Assembly (NCBI GenBank): GCA_905261645.1
Contig: CAJNOV010001315.1
Span: 1-24,243, forward strand
Origin: Rotaria magnacalcarata
Lineage: Eukaryota
Direction: 5' to 3'
DNA: 24,243 nucleotides
How positions within the stretch are numbered: the first letter of the stretch is position 1; each line of letters opens with the position of its first letter. Below are positions 11,619 to 20,052 of this stretch, one piece after another. Position numbers and translations under genes: made by a program. A model generated the notes under the pieces. That model saw nothing but the letters and a program-made list of their open reading frames with translations, had not been told where the DNA came from and did no database searches.

Positions 11619-12111
11619 TGAAACTGTTTCTCAACCCGTTGAGTGGCAAGAACTGATTGAAGCGGCAGCCAACCGAGAACTTATACCTCCATGGCGGCGC
11701 TCATCATCCGTCAAAGAACGCTATATCAGACACACAACAGAAGTTCTCAGTGAATACGCATCGGTCAATGACTATGTTCGCATTCATATGCTTCATTATG
11801 CATCTGAATTTGATGAAACGATGGGCAAGCAAGTGGCCGTTGCCTCTCCTTCTTCCATCAAAGATCCGCTTCTTATATTCAATGAATTTCCCTATCACCT
11901 AAGTACAGATATCGAACACTGGCTTGTCTGGTTTGATGGACAACCGACAGACCCCGAGAAACTAGTTCAAGAAGTGGTGGATAGACAGTTTATCCCGAAT
12001 GAACGATATGACATTATAGTGTATGTTAACCCGCAACAATTTCAGAGCGTCAATGGTATATTTCATGCACATGTGTTCGTACGTGAGAAAAATAAAGTAT
12101 GTTCCGTATAG
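11619..12111 (+). CDS. DUF3605 / GIG1 (N-acetylglucosamine-induced protein 1)-like protein, C-terminal exon; 5' exon(s) not identified
   Basis: The open frame extends upstream of the ORF-track ATG at 11788 to a TTTTCTTTTTAG acceptor ending at 11618. It reads ETVSQPVEWQELIEAAANRELIPPWRRSSSVKERYIRHTTEVLSEYASVNDYVRIHMLHYASEFDETMGKQVAVASPSSIKDPLLIFNEFPYHLSTDIEHWLVWFDGQPTDPEKLVQEVVDRQFIPNERYDIIVYVNPQQFQSVNGIFHAHVFVREKNKVCSV*. The NEFPYxL..DIEHWLVW and YDIIVYVNPxxxQSVxGIxHAHV blocks resemble the DUF3605 signature as I recall it. Confidence 0.68.
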
Positions 12112-12280
12112 GATGGGGTACATATAAACTAATACCTAAAAATATAGGAATCTATATCTAATTAAGAAAATAATGTATCTAATTTTAAAATTTATTTATA
12201 TCTAATTTATTAAATAACACTACCTAACAACACAAAGTTATATCAAAGTAATAATTAAAGTAATAGAAAAACATTTTGAA

Positions 12281-12464
12281 GAGGGTGTGGATGTGGGTTG
12301 AGGGAGGCTAAGGGGTAACTGTGTGTAGCGGTGCGAGTGAGGGGTAGGAGCAGAAGCTGGGGGCTTCAGATGTCGGTATGGGTGAAGGGTACCCGGAAAG
12401 GGTACGCGTGAGGGTACCTGAAAGGGGTGTGGGTGTTCTTATCTCTCTTCATACCCACACCCAC
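12281..12464. repeat. G-rich block ending in oppositely oriented telomere-like tracts
   Basis: GAGGGTGTGGATGTGGGTTGAGGG...GGGTACCCGGAAAGGGTACGCGTGAGGGTACCTGAAAGGGGTGTGGGTGTTCTTATCTCTCTTCATACCCACACCCACC. GGTGTGGGT and ACCCACACC can pair. Confidence 0.7.
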
Positions 12465-13594
12465 CTAAGATATTTTTTAAACTAACTTTTTTCTTATCAC
12501 TTATCATCATTCCTAGCTGATAAATACTCTTTCAATTAATTGATAAGTACTAACCAATTCTAGATTACGTTAAAATTGATTAGATAAGTCGATAAATTGA
12601 TTGACAGTCATTTTTCAAAAGTGATAATATATTGAATTAAAAGACAGAAGATTTTTTAATCCAGATATTTGATTGATTTTAAAGAGATTGAATTGCAAAA
12701 TTAGATCAAACAATCTTTTTAAAGCTATCGTTTCACCAGAATAGATGTAAGTGTATTAAGTTAGGCAATATTGCTATATTTTTAGATATTGCATTAAATG
12801 CATGCCGTATAGAATTGTTCTTCTTCCTGGTGCTCTTCCACAAACTCAAATGCATTTAAATATGTGAAAATATCCTCGAAATGTTTTGTTTAGAATGATA
12901 AAAAGCTACTTTAGTTGTTAATCGGAGAGTAGTCAATAATATTCGGGAAAAGATTTCTCCCTGAGAAGGACGGCAGATCATTTTGATCGAAAATTAGCAA
13001 CCGAATATATCACTGTTTACGCACTCATTCTAAAAGAGATTATGGTATTTGACTTCGATTCCTCTGTTACTTTGAACAAGCCTCGGAATTACTTGGTTTG
13101 AGATATCGAACGTTGTTTTCGAAAGTTCGCTCAAGGAATAAACAGTTGGTTTTACTAACATTTCGACCTTCAACATTCATGCCACTCTCGTTGAATCTTG
13201 CAGGTGATGAATCTATGTGTATGAAAAGAATGATGTCGTGACATAGGATGCTAAGTGACGAATTAGTGTGTCAATAAACAATATATCAAAGATGACAGAA
13301 GCCATAAAACTGTTATTAGAGGACAATGACAGAATGTTAACTCGATAAAAGATAAAGTGCTATTCGCTTCCTAAAGTCATCTTATTTCTTTATCCTGTTG
13401 TGCGTCGAGAGCGTAAATCAAAATTGAAATATTTCTTCGAAAACGAATTACAAGAAGAAAAATAAAAGTATATCATGTTTCATTGAGATAGAGCACACCT
13501 GTAGTAATTTCATACTTAATATAAATGAATTTCGATGTGAGCTGGAAAAAAGTCTATTACTCCACAGAAGAGACGTTATAATAGCCTTTGCAAA

Positions 13595-16500
13595 ATGGCA
13601 CATGTATCTGATGAAGCTGAGGCACTTCAAACGATTAGTATGAGATCGACTCGCTTCCGCCGTTCATACGTGGATAATGCTATTGTAGTTGCACTTGCAC
13701 TCGGCGTACAAGAAAATGATTTATTACAGCTGTCTGAACTTGATTATTCAACTGAATCCTTCACTAATCGAGACGAATGCGCCGATTTTATATCTGATAC
13801 AGAGAATGAAAGAATTCTATTGATTGTCTCAGAGCAGCTAAGCGACTCGATAGTCCCAATAATTCACGACAAATCCGCCATACAAACCATTTACATTTTC
13901 TGCACACACACACCAACATGTGTGCTGTTCTTGTCCAAGAGCTTTCTTAAAATTAATCACGTATGCCGAGATATATCATCTATACGTAAAGCACTCGTAG
14001 AAAACATTTGTTATGTCAACCATAACCTTACACCAATTACTGTGCTTCCAGCTGCCTCATCATCCATGCCTTATTCATACAATACATTGAATACCATGTT
14101 TATGTACTGTCAACTGTTGAAACAAACATTTTCAGAAATCGAGTACGGTGTAGACGCGATTAAAGCGCTCGTCGAGTTATGTAAGCGTGCATACGCTGGA
14201 AATGCGACAGTATTGAGAGTGATTGATGAATTCTACAGCGATTATGAGAGGCATTCACCAGTATGGTGGTATACGAGGGACTGTTTCATATATAGAATGT
14301 TAAACAAGGCTTTGAGAATACATAACATCGAAATAATTACCAAGTTTGGTTTCTTTATCAAAGATCTTCATCGTCAACTGGAGTTATTCTTCATCACCTT
14401 GCCGTCAGAAACATTTTCTGTTTACCGAGGACAAAGGTTAGTGAAATAATAGTAATGGAAGAAGGATGAGAGCAAACGAAAGATGACAATCAATATTTTT
14501 TCAGCCAAAAGGGCTGTGACGAGATTTACAATTTCTTTGTGTACGAACATGTCTTCTCGTGTAAGAGCAATTAGTTTAAAAATTGTAGCTTCGCAACAAA
14601 TATTATCAAAAATTAAAATATTTGTTTTTTTGTCCGCCAGAAGTCCCACTTGATAGCATATAAAGCTTTTTAGCTCAGTCTCTCCGCGAGTAAAATGTGG
14701 AACTCACACATGCTATAGCTCCCAGTAGACGATTTCGTACAATTTCTTATGTAATAAAATAGTATAAATTTATTAGAAAGAAAGATGTATTTACTAATTA
14801 AGAGGAATCAAGCTTGCTAAGAAAATATCAAATTTGTTACAATCATTGAAAGAGTAGTGGAGAGGGACTGGAAAAGTTTGACTTAAAACTTACACTCAGT
14901 ACTTTCTTCTAAAACAATACGAGACAACTGAATATGACTGTATGCGGCTGGGAATATTATGTGGTTAAAAAGAATGTTTCTACTCAAACATGCTTTGTAT
15001 CAAGAACCATTTACTCAGAAAGTGTGACATCGTAAGGCTAATGACTATACTGACAGTAGTTGATATGGCTGAAAATGATACCATATGCAGTAGACACCAA
15101 AGCTAGATTATGAAGAAAATTTGAAGTCTTGAAACCATTTCCTTCAGAAGTTATGAATTTCTCAAATAAGCACGGTCGGTGCCTATAAAAACTCTGTGTT
15201 TTCACTAAAAAACCGTTTCCATTTCGAAGCACAAATTGTAAAAAAGTTAACATTTTGATGACTACTTCTAGTTAGGTTGGTTATGCACAAACAACATGTC
15301 TCGGTATAAAAAGTTTTTTCATTCAATTTTGACAGACATATTGGTGAAAGCTCCCCTTTCTCGAGGTTTTCTTCTCTCTCTCTCTTCCGTTAAAGATTTC
15401 GAAGTTGAAACCTAATTGGTTTAGAGCAGTTTTTGATGCTGGTTCCGAATTTTTCTTTAAAAGTCTTGCTAAAAAGGAGGAGGGGTTATCTAGAAGGTAC
15501 CCATGAAAGCTTTCCAAAGATCATTCGAGGTGTGTGTGTGGGTGTTACTTTTCGACTTTCTGAAGACAGTCCGGAGACTTTTTTTCTTGTTTGACAAGAC
15601 TTTTGAAGTGAGAACCGGTGCCAGCATCAAAAATAGTCCCAGGCCAACCATGTTTCCACGTCAAATCGTTTCAAAACAGTGAGAAAACGCGAGACCTTGA
15701 CGGTGTGGATCTTTGTTTCAATAACATCCACCAATTCATACTCTCACGGTATTATGAAATTTTCAGCTAAATTGGATACTGTCAGTAAAAATACCTGATT
15801 GACCTTATCGGACAATAACTCTGGAATCGATAGGGAAGTTTTTTCGTATTATAAAGTAAATAAATATACGAAGATTCTACGAGGCAATGTATTCATGTAA
15901 ACCTCGAACTCAAGCTTTCCTGACTGAAAAGGTTCTCAAACAAATACAACTCTTCTAGCATATCAAATGCCGACTTTACACAACTAAGGAATGGTACGAA
16001 TGGTCTTCTGTCATTCAACAACTTCCTATCAACCAGTTTAGATAGAGACGTCGCAGTGGCATTCGCTTTACCTTCGTTGGGTGTTTCGAATGTGACTGCC
16101 GTTTTATTTACAATCCTAGTTGACCAAACTATCACTTCAAGTCGGTTCGCTTCTCTATGTGGTCATAGCTATGTCAATGCTGAAAATGAAGTTTTATTTG
16201 GTATGAGTTCAGTCTTTCGTCTTGGTGAGATCACGCAGATGGATAATGGTTTGTGGGAAATAAGCATGATTCTGACATGCGACACTGATCCTCAGCTGAT
16301 GCAACTCACAGACTATATGAAAGCCACAGTAGGGGAATTCACAGGAGTACCAAAACTAGCACAACTGCTTGCAAGGATGGGTGCATGGGATACAGGCACA
16401 GAGATTTATGAAATACTACTTGCAACCACTGACAAAAGTAATGTTGATGAGATCGCACACATACAAAACCAGCTAGGTTATCTGGCGTGGCAAAAGAACG

Positions 16501-17176
16501 AGCTCGACCTAGCACTAACATACTATGAACAATCACTTTCCAACAGGACGAACCGTCAATCCTCTCGAGTAGCTCTTACCTACAGAAACATAGGCTTGGT
16601 ACTGAAGGAGAAAGGCGAGTATGAGAAAGCTCTTGAATATTACCAAGATGCGCTTGCAATAGATCTCGGTGCAGATCCACCAAACCAAGAACAAATTGTA
16701 TGCACCGAAATTTTTCCTCCTATAAGTTTACCTTCTGTGCATGCTAGGCCTTTGGATATCACCAGATTGGGGTTATTTACCAAATTCAAGGTCTTTTCAA
16801 CGGAGCACAAGAGAGTTACGATCGTGCACTAGAAATCCGTCTCAAACATCTTCCTTCTAATCATCCACACTTTGGTACTGGTTATGTTGACATCGGTGGG
16901 CTCTCCTTTGCTAGGCAATGTTTTTCAGAGGCTTTAACAAGTTACAAACTATGTTTCACTATCTACGAAAACTCTTTACCGCCTTACCATCACAACATCG
17001 CCGTCGCACATTATAATATATCAGTCACTCACTCTAAACTCGAACAACACGTTGAAGCGTTTGAACATGCTAAACAAGCCCTTGATATTGCTCTTCTTAC
17101 TATGTCGCCAAAGCAGCTTCAACTTCAACTATACCGGAAACATTTTGATTCCATGAAAACGAAACTCGACAATTGA
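13595..17176 (+). CDS. NAD(P)(+)--arginine ADP-ribosyltransferase-like (R-S-ExE) domain followed by TPR / kinesin-light-chain-like repeats; model join(13595..14436, 15959..16697, 16748..17176), 669 aa
   Basis: Exon 1 ends ...LPSETFSVYRGQ with donor AG|GTTAGT at 14436/14437. Exon 2 starts after TTCTAG at 15958 and reads S-ISNADFTQLRNGTNGLLSFNNFLSTSLDRDVAVAFALPSLGVSNVTAVLFTILVD...NAENEVLFGMSSVFRLGEI, followed by TPR units (IQNQLGYLAWQKNELDLALTYYEQSLSN; VALTYRNIGLVLKEKGEYEKALEYYQDALAI). A 50-bp GT..AG phase-0 intron (16698-16747) leads to AFGYHQIGVIYQIQGLFNGAQESYDRALEIRLKHLPSNHPHFGTGY...TKLDN*. Phases close exactly (842+739+429=2010 nt). Confidence 0.82.
15415..15663. mobile_element. ~250-bp inverted-repeat (MITE-like) element within the large intron of the ART-TPR gene
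   Basis: The left arm TTGGTTTAGAGCAGTTTTTGATGCTGGTTCCGAATTTTTCTTTAAAAGTCTTG corresponds to the reverse complement of the right arm TTGGCCTGGGACTATTTTTGATGCTGGCACCGGTTCTCACTTCAAAAGTCTTG. Confidence 0.6.
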
Positions 17177-17336
17177 TCGTGAATAGTATGTCATGCTGTC
17201 AAATGGAAGGTCTAATAACTTTTGATCAATGATTATTACTGTTTGAAGGGTATGGGTATGATCGTATGAATTAAATAAATGCTCGAATTAACTATATGTA
17301 TAAAACAAAAATAGAAAAGTAAACGAATCCCGGTCA

Positions 17337-17381
17337 GGGTGTGGGTGTGAGTGTCTTATTAAACTAAAATCCACCCACGCC
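17337..17381. repeat. telomere-like tract with inverted partner, downstream of the ART-TPR stop codon
   Basis: AGGGTGTGGGTGTGAGTG followed about 20 bp later by CCACCCACGCCC. Confidence 0.55.
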
Positions 17382-17471
17382 CATACGCCAGCAGTTTTCT
17401 TACTACCACAATTCTAACTAAAATGTTCTTTTATTTCCAGAAAAATAAAATGTTTTCTCATAGTTCAATGT

Positions 17472-20052
17472 ATTAAGCATTCGCATACATTTTATCAATA
17501 CGATAATCAGCAAAAAATGCCCAAAGAAAAGCACAAAATCCTAAAATAATTATACCATTTAAATTACAAAAGCGTTTCCAAAATAAATTCTCTGCTGCTA
17601 ATGGCGGCATTGTCACCGTATCATTTGTTCCATTTTTATTCATTGAATTTATAGAAATAAATCGATAGTGTTAATTTCAAGAAAAAATAAAATCTTTAAT
17701 TACCTAGAGAAAAAATACGCATCGTTTATCCAGCTACACCTGTTGATTGAATAGGAACAGTTAATGGACTGTTTTTATCTTCAAATGAAGTATCTGCTTT
17801 ATGTAAATTGCCTGATTTTGTTGGTATTGGTGTTGATTAAACTGGATTATTTAAATCAAATATATTCAGACCATGTAACTATTAAAAACAAGTACAAGAT
17901 TTCCATGAATCTTTGTATCATAACTTTGTTTAACTTACACATTGATCAGGAATAGGTCGAGTTAGCAGACTGATCGTTATCGTAATTAAACAAGTGAGTA
18001 CAAATAGAAGAATAGCAAAATATAAATAATGAAATTTAATTGCATCCGGGCGTTGATCTGTATGTGATAATGCGTATGGCGGAACTGAATATGAATATTC
18101 CCAAGCAAACAAATTAAACCAATCACTAAACTACATATAAGACCCCAGAATGCAGCCTAAATGATAGATAAAAAATTCGATATTCATTTCATTTGCTTCC
18201 AACAGCACTCACTTCCTCATTCACGCGTTTCCATAATATTGCAAGAAAATTAATTGCACTGATCTATAGGAATTAATTTTTGTTTTTTTCGACTTTCATA
18301 AATAGAATGTATCCTACTGAATATAGTCAAATAGACGACCACCTTGTGCTATTGAAATAATTGGAATTCAAAGAATTGATATACTAACAAGTATCAATGT
18401 AAAAACTCTATTTTGGGGTGAAATGAGTATAAATTTTTGTTTTTATTTCTCTTATCTTCCAACTATCAATAATTCCCATTGTGGTGCGCTAGCTCGAAAA
18501 CGTTGCCATATATCAATAGTAAATATAGTTGACGATGAATTAAATATCGATGTTAATGAAGTCATTTAGTATTGCAATCATACAAGCAAGCATGAGACCA
18601 CGTAAATCTCTTGGCATCAATTCAATAACACTCAATGGATACACTATATCTGTACACAATGCTTCATTACCACATATTTCTTTACATATTTGCGAACTTG
18701 AACAACCAATTCTATCTTCATTAATAATAAAATATACAACCAGCTCGAGCATGAGTTAGATTTTTAGCAGCAAGCGCTCGTTGAGCAATTATCTAAATAT
18801 TAGTCAATCATCAACATCACGCTTAAATATTTTATTTTTACCCACTTGATCACTAAAAAAAATAAAATACAAAAATTCTTCATAAGTTTAAGGTTTCTAC
18901 GAAGTTTATGAACTGACCTGCACTAATACCAAATACTCAAAATAGGCATACCTGAAATCCCCACCCATGGAGGACCATTACTTGAGCTAAGTGGTCGAAT
19001 AATACTAAAATAATCTTCCGGTGATACGCCACACATGGTATCATTAAATAATGTTCTATTGGCAAGAGAATATGGATAAAGTTCTTTTATCATTTGTTAA
19101 CCACCTACTCTAACATAACTTATAATCATAATAATTGTTTGAATAAAATCAGTCCAAATAACATCAAATAATCCTCCTAGAATACAAAGGTTTTCATTGT
19201 TAGAAAAAAAATAAGAGAGAGAGAGCGCGCTAGTCTTTCAATATACCGCCAATGGTAAATACAGCAGCCAGAGCAACAAGTGCAATAACTGATACATACA
19301 TATTCCAGCCAAGTGCTTGATTAAGAAATATAGCACCGGAATAGAGATCAACTGATATTTTAGTAAATATAGAAAGTATCAAAGCTAGAACAGTTTGATA
19401 AAGACGAATTCTATCACCACCGAATCTTTTCTTTGAAAATTCTGCCATTGTAAAAACCTAATTTTAAAGTATTTTCAACAAAACAAAAAACTAGATTTCC
19501 ATCCTTTACTTACATCAGTTTTTATATAAACAGGTAGAAAAACCCAACCGAGAATCACTAACACATAACTCGCCTAAATAAAATGATAAATCAACTACGA
19601 AAATATTTCAATTAAATATTCATGAACATACATTTAATTCAAAACCAGCTCCACTACCTATCGAGATAATAATTTTAACATTAACAATGGAATGATTTCT
19701 TCTCGTACCAAAACAAAACCGACGACATTTTGTTATTTACCAATAGATATAAATAATCACTTCCTTTCATACAGCTCACAATGGTTACCCGGTACTCTCA
19801 AACATTTTTCATACAAAAAAATACCTGCCAGACCAATGAAATGTCCACTGCCAATATTACTGGCAAATAAAGATGCGCCCACCTAAAATAATTCATTCAA
19901 GATTTACTTCGAACATAATCAACTAAAATCCTACTGGCAAAAACGTCATAGTTCGTCCGGCAAGAAAATACCCGCCTAAGAAAAAAAAAATAATAATTCT
20001 AATTTCTAATTTTTAAACACTAACCAACACTTCCACGATTTTTACATGATGA
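17472..20052 (-). pseudogene. SLC5A/SGLT-family sodium:solute symporter, multi-exon and decayed; 5' end incomplete
   Basis: Minus-strand exon fragments in collinear order: SSCKNRGSVG|GYFLAGRTMTFLP|VGASLFASNIGSGHFIGLAG|GSGAGFELN|ASYVLVILGWVFLPVYIKTD|[54 protein letters not shown]...|GGLFDVIWTDFIQTIIMIISYVRV|KELYPYSLANRTLFNDTMCGVSPEDYFSIIRPL...|IIAQRALAAKNLTHARAGC|NEDRIGCSSSQICKEICGN...ELMPRDLRGLMLACMIAIL|[37 protein letters not shown]|VFTLILVSISIL*IPIISIAQGGRLFDYIQ|AINFLAILWKRVNEE|AAFWGLICSLVIGLI|FAWEYSYSVPPYAL...HYLYFAILLFVL...|ENLFWKRFCNLNGIIILGFCAFFWAFFADYRIDKMYANA*. Frame breaks and in-frame stops are described in the findings. Confidence 0.85.

Noticed and set aside
15893-16135. 80-aa - strand ORF as an intron-encoded protein
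   Set aside because: Largely overlaps exon 2 of the ART-TPR gene on the opposite strand, with no recognisable motif.
16339-16536. - strand 65-aa ORF opposite the TPR exon
   Set aside because: Antisense shadow of TPR coding sequence; no recognisable domain.
17764-17955. + strand 63-aa ORF, hydrophobic
   Set aside because: Lies antisense to intron and C-terminal parts of the decayed symporter; hydrophobicity is expected from AT-rich sequence.
19692-19886. + strand 64-aa ORF
   Set aside because: Overlaps the minus-strand symporter exon VGASLFASNIGSGHFIGLAG; no independent evidence.
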